Source of the DNA: Schmidtea polychroa
Taxonomy: Eukaryota
Reading direction: 5' to 3'
Assembly: GCA_044892525.1 (NCBI GenBank)
Contig: CM097885.1
Location: 33,606,001-33,670,000, forward strand
DNA: 64,000 bases
Shown: positions 1 to 8,628 of the stretch, piece after piece
Layout: each line of letters starts with the position of its first letter
Numbering within the stretch: position 1 is the first letter of the stretch
Made by a program: the position numbers and the translations under genes
The notes under the pieces: model-generated
The model's input: only the letters and a program-made list of their open reading frames with translations
What the model was told of the DNA's origin: nothing
Databases searched by the model: none

Positions 1-362
1 CTTTTCTTTTTAGAAGTATAAGATAGTGAAACTATTTCAGTTAGGAAACCATCAGCTACAGAAATACTTCCAAGTATTACTGGCGCAAGTGTTAAAACTG
101 GTAAAGTTATAGGTAAAATAACTGTTAATATTGCAGATGCAAATCCTAAAGAATAACCTATAACTTTTAAAACTGTATTCCCTTTATTCCATCTATTTTT
201 AATTTTTTTATAATGCTTTAATAAATCTTGTAAATGTAAGGTTTCTGATTTAAATTCTTTTACTCTCATAATTTCAAGTTCTGTGGGAGCCGAGGCCTTG
301 GAAGAATAATATCCTGATGATCTCAATTCTGGATAAATTTTTTCTTCTCTTACTTCTTCCAT
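1..362 (-). CDS. Polinton membrane protein (partial, runs off window start)
   Basis: Own translation from ATG 362: MEEVREEKIYPELRSSGYYSSKASAPTELEIMRV..., then hydrophobic VIGYSLGFASAILTVILPITLPVLTLAPVILG. Open to the window edge. Confidence 0.7.
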   Translation of the reverse strand, partial: MEEVREEKIYPELRSSGYYSSKASAPTELEIMRVKEFKSETLHLQDLLKHYKKIKNRWNKGNTVLKVIGYSLGFASAILTVILPITLPVLTLAPVILGSISVADGFLTEIVSLSYTSKKK

Positions 363-370
363 TTTAATAA

Positions 371-1381
371 TTAAAAAAATAAGACTTTATTCTTCTGAGC
401 ACCATCTGGCACCAATACTCGGATATCAAAAGAAACTGTTGTTGAGAGAATATCTTTATACAATTCCATCAATGCTTTACGAACTTCATCAACATCAACC
501 TTTTTTTCATAAAATATTAAATCTATATATTGTACAAGTGTGCTTTTAAAAATAATATTCTTACTTTTAACTTTATGTGTTTTATGTGAATCAGTTTTAT
601 CATGCCAATATCCATGTGTTAAATCATAACCACTTATTATAACATCACCCTTTTCAAACTTACTATTATAATCACATTTCACAAATCATTTCATTCTTTC
701 ATTATCATCATCAAATAAAAAGAAATAAGGATCAATAATTTTTACAACCATAAAAACACTCCATTCTTTACTATTTGTTGTTATTAAACTTGGTTCTATA
801 AAATGTTTATATGTATGGGGTAATAATGTTTTATTCTGTTCTAATTCAGCAGCTCTTTTTCTAATACTATGTGTGGTGTTAATGTGTGTTGTATGAGATT
901 CTAAATTTGAAAGTCTTTTATTAAATGATGTAATCATCTCATTTATTATATTATATATTGTATTAAATTTAGTATTCATAATTTGTTTATCTTTAGAATT
1001 TAATATACTAGTATTTAACTTTACAACTTGTTCAGTTAACAGACTTTGTAACTTGTCAAATTTATCATTAAATCGTTGTTCGATATTATTAAGCTTTGAT
1101 TCCATTGAATCAATTTTTGTTGTTAATGAACTTTCAATTCTTGTTGTTGTTAAATCAGTATAATTTTTAACACCATCAACATATTTTTTATTAACTGCAT
1201 CAGCTTCATCAGTTGGTAAAGATAAATCTTTTATCTTGTGTCCATTTAAATTTAAATCTCCTTTCATTGAATCACCTCTTTCATTAATATATTTATTTTC
1301 TGTTAAAGTTAATATTTCTTCTGTATTAAACCCTGTTTTTATTGTTCCACCACCTCTATTACAAGGAATATAAGAACTCAT
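371..1381 (-). pseudogene. Fibre/spike-like protein interrupted by one in-frame TGA (686-688)
   Basis: GDLNLNGHKIKDLSLPTDEADAVNKKYVD resembles the phage-fibre/adhesin stalk motif and is followed by coiled coil. ORF 371-682 is in the same frame directly after the stop (MK*FVKCDY). Confidence 0.6.
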
Positions 1382-1405
1382 TTATTAATAATTTAAAATG
1401 AATCT

Positions 1406-2176
1406 TCAAACCTGTTTCAGATGTAAATACATTGAAATCTCTTCTCCATTAAAATCAATCAATTCTCCTTCTTGGTTAAGAATTTTAAAATTAATATCCA
1501 TTATATATTTTCTACATAAAGGTAAATAATTTGGAGGATTCATTCTTTCAACTATTTTATATCCCATAGGAACTGTGTTTGAGGGAAAGGAATATAAAAC
1601 ATTTGTTTGTTTACCATTATTATAAGAACCTGTTATACAATCACAATGAATATTTATTGTGTTTGTATTTATTATTTTTATAATATTTTCTGATGTTATA
1701 TTCTCAACTATAGGTGTGATATAATGGTTTCGTGTAAATCCTAAAATTGTTCTAAAGAAACTATTATTTTGAAAATGAATTCCTATATTCTCTAAAGTCA
1801 TTATACATTTTGAAGTTGGTAAATCCATTTTAATTTTAATGGCTCCATTTGTTTTTTTAGAAAGTATATTATTTAAATCTTTTATCTCATAAGCTCCAGG
1901 TTCGATTGTTATTATAATCTTATCTGTAGATTTTGGGCTTATATAATAAAATATGTTATTATCTTTAGTTATATTAAAAATAGTATTATAAGCACAAAAC
2001 CATAATAGACCTAATTCATAATTTAAATCTTGATCTAATTTTATTGAATCTTGAAAGTTTATAGTAAAGTCTGATTCTTTTGAATTTATAGATAAAGTTC
2101 TTGAATATTTATCTGACATTATGTTTACCATTTTTTTTAAATTATCTTCCAGAAGGTTGCGAAGCTCCATTTTCAT
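1406..2176 (-). CDS. Minor capsid protein (penton)
   Basis: N-terminal FTINFQDSIKLD..YELGL and C-terminal INIHCDCITGSY..NVLYSF..P.YLPL..INFKILNQEGELIDFNGE, the pattern of Polinton pentons. Confidence 0.8.
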   Translation of the reverse strand: MKMELRNLLEDNLKKMVNIMSDKYSRTLSINSKESDFTINFQDSIKLDQDLNYELGLLWFCAYNTIFNITKDNNIFYYISPKSTDKIIITIEPGAYEIKDLNNILSKKTNGAIKIKMDLPTSKCIMTLENIGIHFQNNSFFRTILGFTRNHYITPIVENITSENIIKIINTNTINIHCDCITGSYNNGKQTNVLYSFPSNTVPMGYKIVERMNPPNYLPLCRKYIMDINFKILNQEGELIDFNGEEISMYLHLKQV

Positions 2177-2634
2177 AATAGAGATTTTAAATCATTATAA
2201 ATTTCTTGGATTAAGGAAGTGAAACCTTCTCCTTTGGATTTATTCAATCTATACAAAACATATAAACTTATAATACCACATATTTTAGTATTATTAGGTT
2301 GAACTTGTAAAGAATTAAAAGTGTAGTCCGAGAGATAGTCTTCAACTTCTTTAGTAGGTTTAATCCCAAAAGAATCAAAGTATATAGATTTATTATATAT
2401 ACAAACCCAATGAGATCCTTTTTCATTTGAATTTTGATAATTGATTATTATATTCAGGGGACTTCGTTTCTTTTGAGTGTCTTCTTTCAGAATATCTTTC
2501 AGACTTGATAATTCATCATTCATTAATATTTTTATTTTTAAATTTAAATAATTTGCATAATCTTTTAAATCAAAATTTGTTTTTGCATTTATTCCAAATG
2601 TTTTTAAAAAATCTAATATTGAAGGACAAGTCAT
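2173..2634 (-). CDS. Adenain-like cysteine maturation protease
   Basis: Catalytic motifs GSHWV (His), YFDSFG (Asp), QVQP (Gln), ICG (Cys). Confidence 0.9.
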   Translation of the reverse strand: MTCPSILDFLKTFGINAKTNFDLKDYANYLNLKIKILMNDELSSLKDILKEDTQKKRSPLNIIINYQNSNEKGSHWVCIYNKSIYFDSFGIKPTKEVEDYLSDYTFNSLQVQPNNTKICGIISLYVLYRLNKSKGEGFTSLIQEIYNDLKSLL

Positions 2635-2642
2635 TTTGTATT

Positions 2643-3505
2643 TTATAACTTCGTATATTTATTAAATTTATCTTTTGAAATTATTCCTTGTTTTAACAAA
2701 TCTTTAGAAATCTTTAAAATATCAGAATCTAAATTATTATGACCTGCTTTTTTAGCTGCTAATAGTTTTCTTAATTCAATAAAAAGGTTGATTGGGTTTG
2801 GTTTAACCCTTATACCATCACCTTCTTTAACAATATAACCCTTTTCATTTCTATCTAAATATTTCTTTAAATCTTGAATGTGTTTTGCTTTTGAACTAGC
2901 TTTTATTGATCTTATAAAATTTAAATATTTTTTAATTTCTTCAACATCATCTGAGGATATCCACAAAGTAATCTATAAAAATCATCTGTAAATTCAAAGT
3001 CTAAATATTCATTATTATAAACATTTTGTGAATGAATATGTGATTTATTTTCTGGAGTTGTATATAAAGTAAAGTTTTGTTTATTGATTGTTATTATTGA
3101 ATATCCTTCAGAATTAATATGAAATGTGGGTTTAATTGAATCACTTAAACCTTCTCTAATTTTAGGATTAACTTTAAGAGGTTTTGTTTTTAAAAACATT
3201 TCTTCTTCCACATTAGAGGCTCTTCTACGTTTTCTTTGATTTCTTTCAGAATGACTTTCAGGATGATTTTCAGTGGATTCTTTCTCCCACTCCAATTCTT
3301 TTATATTTTGTTTTTTATCTTCCAACTCTTTAAATTTTGCTTGCTCATTTAATCCTTTTATAGCTTTAATTGTTGGTCCTTGTTGTTTTTGGATTACTTC
3401 ATTTAATATTATAGATTCAGCATGTTGAGTTGTATCTTTTTTATTATACTTGTTTTGTTCTGATTGTAATTTTTTTAAAAGTGCTAATCTTTCTTCATAT
3501 ACCAT
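2643..3505 (-). pseudogene. Conserved Polinton virion protein split by a frameshift near 2960
   Basis: ORFs 2921-3505 and 2643-2966 overlap. The C-terminal part has GDG..NPINLFIELRKLLAAKKAGHN...L...GII, a recurrent Polinton protein motif, and has no ATG of its own. Confidence 0.55.
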
Positions 3506-3527
3506 TTTAATGGTATCAAAAATGGTA

Positions 3528-4136
3528 TCATGGTTCCTTCCAAGGTTTTAAATATAATCCTTTACCATTTTTAGTTTTACAAAGGCATCCATTCTTTAAA
3601 GATTTACACATTTTTTTAAAATCATCTTTATCTTTTGAAGATAAAGATTCAGATGTAGAAATTTGATTTTTTAAAAAATCATTTAAACCTCTACCTTTAT
3701 AAGGATCAATATAGAGACCCTTTCCCTTGGACAGAGTCCCCTGAGACTTTTGACCTTCAGACAGAGTCCCCTCATATGGATTAAGATAGAGGCCTTTTCC
3801 CTTAGCTTGCCCTAACTTCTTCATTGAATCGATTTCAGTTTGTAGTTTTTCTTTTTCTAGGTCTGTCTTTTGAGATTCTTTAGCTTTTTGAACTGTAGTT
3901 GCAATTCCTCCAGCCATTCCAGCAGCACCTGATAAACCAGCAATGATTGCAGGTATTAAAGCAGCTAATGGAAGAATGCCGCCTTCTTTAGTCGAAGAGC
4001 CCTTCAGCTTCGCTCTAACTTGTTCTTTTACATGTTTTCCAATAAAATATTTTTTACCATCAATTACTACTGATTTATTTTTATTTGAATTTATTAATTC
4101 TTGAAAAGATTCTTCCGAAGGTTCCCACGTTGTCAT
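3528..4136 (-). CDS. Core / membrane-active virion precursor protein
   Basis: EGG|ILPLAALIPAIIAGLSGAAGMAGGIA hydrophobic segment after a GG site, plus three GKGLY repeats (candidate protease sites). Confidence 0.7.
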   Translation of the reverse strand: MTTWEPSEESFQELINSNKNKSVVIDGKKYFIGKHVKEQVRAKLKGSSTKEGGILPLAALIPAIIAGLSGAAGMAGGIATTVQKAKESQKTDLEKEKLQTEIDSMKKLGQAKGKGLYLNPYEGTLSEGQKSQGTLSKGKGLYIDPYKGRGLNDFLKNQISTSESLSSKDKDDFKKMCKSLKNGCLCKTKNGKGLYLKPWKEP

Positions 4137-4151
4137 TTTATAATAAATAAA

Positions 4152-4943
4152 ATGGATATTTGGAAACCAATTTTAAATAGACACAAGAGTAAATTTAATA
4201 ATAAAGTATTTCCTGATAATTTTAGATTATTAATTGTTGGTTCTTCTGGTTGTGGAAAGAATGTACTTGTTTTGAAAATGTTGCTTGAAGATGGTTTTTT
4301 AGATTATAATAATTTAATCTTTTACTCTACAACTATAAATCAACCAGAATTACAACTTTTGAAATGTGGATTTGAAAATAAATTAACTAAAAAAGCAATA
4401 ATTGATATTTTTAAAAATCAACATAGATGTCCTGAAGAAGTTTTTCAACCTTGTGATATGGTTGATTGGTATAAGGAAAAGATTTTAGAATCAGATATTA
4501 GTAATAAAAATGATTACATCTGTGAAGAAGGGCAGGAGGCAATTCAAGTTTTATTCTCTAATAAACCTGAAGATGTTTTACATTGTGATTTACTTCCTAA
4601 AGATAAAAAGAATCTAGTTATATTTGATGATGTTGTTAATATGAAAAATCAAGAGATTCAAAAGAGTTACTTTACACGAGGTCGACATAATAATTGTAAT
4701 GTTATTTATATATCTCAAACATATTATGCTTTAGATAAAAATTCAATAAGAAATAATTCCAATTGTTTTATATTTTTTAAATTAGATCGCCGTGATAAGA
4801 ATATGATTTATAATGATTTATTTTCAAATGTTGAACCTGATAAGAATATGTTTGATATGTTTGTTGATAATCATTGGAAAGAAAAATATAATTATATTTA
4901 TTTGGATAGAGAAGAAGCTGAAATATGGAAAAGTTTGTTTTAG
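4152..4943 (+). CDS. A32/FtsK-like DNA packaging ATPase
   Basis: Walker A GSSGCGKN, Walker B LVIFDD, TRGRH, YISQ and IRNN motifs. ATG 4152 is preferred over TTG 4101. Confidence 0.93.
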   Translation: MDIWKPILNRHKSKFNNKVFPDNFRLLIVGSSGCGKNVLVLKMLLEDGFLDYNNLIFYSTTINQPELQLLKCGFENKLTKKAIIDIFKNQHRCPEEVFQPCDMVDWYKEKILESDISNKNDYICEEGQEAIQVLFSNKPEDVLHCDLLPKDKKNLVIFDDVVNMKNQEIQKSYFTRGRHNNCNVIYISQTYYALDKNSIRNNSNCFIFFKLDRRDKNMIYNDLFSNVEPDKNMFDMFVDNHWKEKYNYIYLDREEAEIWKSLF

Positions 4944-4954
4944 GGCTTGTCGAC

Positions 4955-6334
4955 TTAAAAATCTGTTTTCTGTAGTTCATTATTATAAAATCTACCTAAT
5001 ATTTTTTCATTATTTAAATCAAAGATGCTATATGTTATTGGAGTTGTATAATTTATTTTATTTATAATAAAAATTTCATTTGTCCATTTTGCTGTGAATC
5101 CTTTTTCAAATTTATTTTTATATTTAAATATTCTTACTCGGTCACCAATTTTAAACTTTGGTTTTTCAATAACATCATTTTCAATATTTACCACTTTAAT
5201 GGTTTCAGGCTTCATGGAAGCATTTAAAGGTGTTAATTTTATAGAACTATGTACATCATTATTATATTCATTTACAATCTTTTGTAACAATTCATTGTTC
5301 CATTTTTGTTTTCCAATAGCAGTAAAATATTTCCACATTTTATTTTTTAATGTTCTATTTAATCTTTCAACTACGACTGCTTTTCCTTCGTTTTCTGTTG
5401 AATATAATTTAATATCATTTTCATTTAAAAACTTTGTAAAAACTTTGTTATAAAATTCTGTTCCTTTATCACACCATAAATATTTTGGGATTCTTTGATT
5501 TTCTTCAAATATATTTTCAAATGCTTCTGTAATAGAATATCCTGTTTTATTTTCTAAACACCTTGCAAAAGCAAATCTTGTATATAAATCTATTACAGTT
5601 AAAATTATTTTATATTTTTCAGGGTCTGATGATTTGGTTGGCATAAAGACTAAATCTGCAGACCATGTTTGATCTTTTTCATGTACTTGAACTTTTAAAT
5701 ATTTTTTATTTTTTCTAAATTCATGGTGTAATTCGTTGGCATATTTTATTTGTGATTCTGTTGGGGTTTGTAAACTAGTCTTGGATATATTCTCGAGGGA
5801 TCTTTCAGCGTCTGCTTGTTCAATAATCTTTTTATTAGCAACATCTTTTGCCATCCTTGGTAAACTAGCACCTATGAAAATCTTACCTTTCATTGCTAAT
5901 TTAACTAGAGCTCTTTGAATCTTTTCTTGGGTTGATGGATTTTGGATACTATTTAAATCATGTATTAAATTAACATCTGCAACATGTCTCTCTCTAAGAT
6001 CTTCTGAATTGTAAGCAATATCATGTTTTAAAGCTGCTTGGTCGATTCTATTTATTGGTTCTTCTCCTTGTTTGGGATTATTATTTTCATCTAATCTAAT
6101 ATCTAATCTTGTTCCTGGTCCGGTATAGTTGTGTTTAAATAAATGTCTTTTACCTGGATATTTTTCTGTAGTAAAAGGTTTTAATATTGAAGATGTCACT
6201 TTTGAAGATTGTAGGTCGCCTCCGGCTCGTGGAATCATGTCGCCTCCTATATGTTTTTTAGTTTTTAGATGACTTGCTTTATGATGTCTTGTAACTTGAC
6301 AATTACAACTTTCACATCTCCAATAGAGAGACAT
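4955..6334 (-). CDS. Zinc finger + parvovirus-type phospholipase A2 + retroviral-type DDE integrase fusion
   Basis: CESC..H..H finger. PLA2 Ca-loop YTGPGT and DQAALKHDIAY. Integrase WSADL, WCDKGTEF, VERLNRTLK. No chromodomain. Confidence 0.92.
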   Translation of the reverse strand: MSLYWRCESCNCQVTRHHKASHLKTKKHIGGDMIPRAGGDLQSSKVTSSILKPFTTEKYPGKRHLFKHNYTGPGTRLDIRLDENNNPKQGEEPINRIDQAALKHDIAYNSEDLRERHVADVNLIHDLNSIQNPSTQEKIQRALVKLAMKGKIFIGASLPRMAKDVANKKIIEQADAERSLENISKTSLQTPTESQIKYANELHHEFRKNKKYLKVQVHEKDQTWSADLVFMPTKSSDPEKYKIILTVIDLYTRFAFARCLENKTGYSITEAFENIFEENQRIPKYLWCDKGTEFYNKVFTKFLNENDIKLYSTENEGKAVVVERLNRTLKNKMWKYFTAIGKQKWNNELLQKIVNEYNNDVHSSIKLTPLNASMKPETIKVVNIENDVIEKPKFKIGDRVRIFKYKNKFEKGFTAKWTNEIFIINKINYTTPITYSIFDLNNEKILGRFYNNELQKTDF

Positions 6335-6363
6335 TTTAAAATGTTAAAATATCAGGGATTATA

Positions 6364-7656
6364 TCAAGAATCTCCCCTAACATTTTCGATTATTGAAATC
6401 TTTCCACCATACAATTTCATTTCTATTTTCTTTTCTTCTAATATTAATGTATATACTTTAACTTTAAAATTAGAATCCTTTGTTACATGAAGTGTAACAT
6501 CAACATTATTTATGGCTAGGCGATCATCTTGGTCTGAAACATTTATACAAAATATAGAATATAAATTTTTGAAATCTTCTAAACTTAATTGCGGTTCAAC
6601 TTTGAAATCATAACATGTTTCAATATAATTTAGATATGGTAATATGTTTTCATTATTTTCAATATTAAATTCCATTCTATTTATTGGATAATAAGAACTA
6701 TTTAATTGAATTTGGATTGTTTTTAAATTATCAACTCCAATCTTTTGAATAAACAAGTTGTTATTTTTTTGGAAAGATGAATCTACTTCTTTGAATCCAA
6801 TCAAGATATATCTTGGTCGGTATGCTAAATTTGCTAGCTTTATAGAATATGTTGAACCCTCTGTCATACTAAATTCACTACAGATTCTATTTAAATAATT
6901 TACATTTATAGACTTGTTGGAATTTAATCTTTCAAGGAGTTTGATTTCAGAATGTGGATTTAATGTCCATTCAGGTATATGCAATTCAAGTGTTGATATT
7001 TTTAATTTAGCTGTTGTATCCTTATCTCCATAGAACAATCTTTTATCACCTTCTACTCTATTACAAACTAATTCTATAAAAACATTATGAAGTATACGAT
7101 TATAGTTTTGAAGGAATCCAAACAAGTGTTTTAATTCAAAATAACCTTCAAATTTTTTAGATTTATAAAGTTCAGCTCTTTTATAGTAACCATAATTTAT
7201 ATCTAAACCATCTTTATTTAAATCTCCTTTATTAACATCAGGAATCCAGCCTGTTAATTCACCATATTCATTTTTATAATCACAACCAGTCAAAATAAAA
7301 TTTAACATTGTAGAATATACTCCCGGATGCAAAACAGTTTCAATTTCTGATGATCCTAGTTTTAATCTCATGTTGGAGAATAAATTTGGAAAGAAATTAT
7401 TTTCTAGGGTTATATCTTTGTTTGCTTCAATTTCTAATTCGATTTTATAATATAATTTGGCATTACAAATATCTATAGGGTTTGATGTTTGAAGAGATTG
7501 AAAAACTATATCACCCCTACGATTTAAGTTTGCAATAGATCCTGAAGTTGGGGAGATTTTAAGTACATCGTTTTTCTTGATTTCATGAGTAAATTCTTTA
7601 TTATAATCAAGATTTAATTTATTTTTTTCTTGAATTTTAAGATTTATATTATTCAT
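6364..7656 (-). CDS. Major capsid protein (double jelly-roll)
   Basis: 430 aa in a virion cassette, with NNFFPNLFSNMRLKLGSSEIE, LKHLFGFLQNYNRIL, RPRYILIGF, LNSSYYP and IFCINVS motifs. Confidence 0.85.
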   Translation of the reverse strand: MNNINLKIQEKNKLNLDYNKEFTHEIKKNDVLKISPTSGSIANLNRRGDIVFQSLQTSNPIDICNAKLYYKIELEIEANKDITLENNFFPNLFSNMRLKLGSSEIETVLHPGVYSTMLNFILTGCDYKNEYGELTGWIPDVNKGDLNKDGLDINYGYYKRAELYKSKKFEGYFELKHLFGFLQNYNRILHNVFIELVCNRVEGDKRLFYGDKDTTAKLKISTLELHIPEWTLNPHSEIKLLERLNSNKSINVNYLNRICSEFSMTEGSTYSIKLANLAYRPRYILIGFKEVDSSFQKNNNLFIQKIGVDNLKTIQIQLNSSYYPINRMEFNIENNENILPYLNYIETCYDFKVEPQLSLEDFKNLYSIFCINVSDQDDRLAINNVDVTLHVTKDSNFKVKVYTLILEEKKIEMKLYGGKISIIENVRGDS

Positions 7657-7693
7657 TTTTATAATAAAAATTTAAAAAATGACAAAAATCTGA

Positions 7694-7776
7694 AACCTGA
7701 TAGCGCAGTGTGAATAGACTAGCACAGTGGTTCAAATAGATAGCGGTTCAAATCCTAACTACGGTTAGTTTTTTTT
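7694..7776 (+). ncRNA. Candidate tRNA-derived Pol III unit
   Basis: A-box-like TAGCGCAGTGT (7701) and TAGCACAGTGG (7720), B-box GGTTCAAATCC (7745-7755), T8 terminator (7769-7776). No full cloverleaf. Confidence 0.45.
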
Positions 7777-7926
7777 CAACATAAAATAATATTAAAAATT
7801 TGAAAATAATAGTGTGGGTATCTTAGATTTATAAAGTAGTTGTATATTTTATTTATTTTTATTTTATTTTATTTATTTTATTTTATTTTATTTTTTAAAC
7901 ATAAATATGAAAAAAAATTATTGAAA

Positions 7927-8220
7927 CGGGTGATGGTGGCGAACCGGTAATTATCGCCACCTGTCTTTCGAATACCCCCGGATCGATTCTTTAATGTGCA
8001 CATTTATTTCTCAGTTGTTTTCGGACCTCTTTCGAATTCACTTTCGAATTCATTTGTACTTTCGAGCAGCACGCTTAAAACGCCGATGAAATCGTATTCG
8101 ATCGAGAAGCGAATAATAAGGTGTGCTGCTATTATCGAATTGATTCTGATGTATGAGTCTGGCCAGCTTGTATATTAGAAGAGATTTGATAAACGAAAGA
8201 GGTTGAAATGATCCGGATCA
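7927..8220. ncRNA. Candidate structured RNA/DNA element
   Basis: CpG-rich island with nested complementary segments 7978-7984/8210-8216, 8025-8034/8194-8203 and 8065-8072/8123-8130, plus hairpin 7935-7942/7954-7961. Confidence 0.4.
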
Positions 8221-8628
8221 AAAAAACTGTTGAGGGGACAGTGAAAAAAAATTTAATTTATATAATTTAAAATCAATAATCTGATAAAGATCAAATAGCC
8301 CTCTAACTTTTTCATAATGCCATTTTCTTTTCTATTCTCTTTTTAGTTTGAAGCTTTTGAGTTTGAGGCTTTAAAGATTAAGGGTGGTTGTTGTTTAAAA
8401 TATGGGGTTAAAATACTATAAAAGTATAGGTTTTATGTTGTTTTTCTAATGGTTTAAGCATAATGGAGGTATGTTTTAGTTGGGAGGGTTGTGTTGGTTG
8501 GGTATATATGAATGCATCTACTTTATATGGCTTACTTTTGATGTATGTGTTTGTTAAATTAATTTAATACAAACTTAGTCGCAATTCTCGGAAGAATGTG
8601 AATAATATTTAGACTAAAATTAACTATG

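Larger units (their letters stand above)
1..8522 (-). mobile_element. Polinton/Maverick (adintovirus-like) element A; left end lies outside the window
   Basis: Compact cluster of MCP, penton, cysteine protease, A32 ATPase and rve integrase. The right terminus is inferred at 8522 because the reverse complement reads AGTAGATGCATT followed by a C-rich tract. No TSD can be checked. Confidence 0.9.

Noticed and set aside
4777..6490. Short ORFs overlapping the ATPase, integrase and MCP (4777, 4813, 5094, 5736, 6269)
   Set aside because: They are antisense or alternate-frame shadows of well-supported genes.
7927..8220. Assignment as RNase P/MRP, 7SL, HDV-like or hammerhead ribozyme
   Set aside because: The required conserved cores are not present in the right order. 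It is kept only as an unassigned structured candidate.
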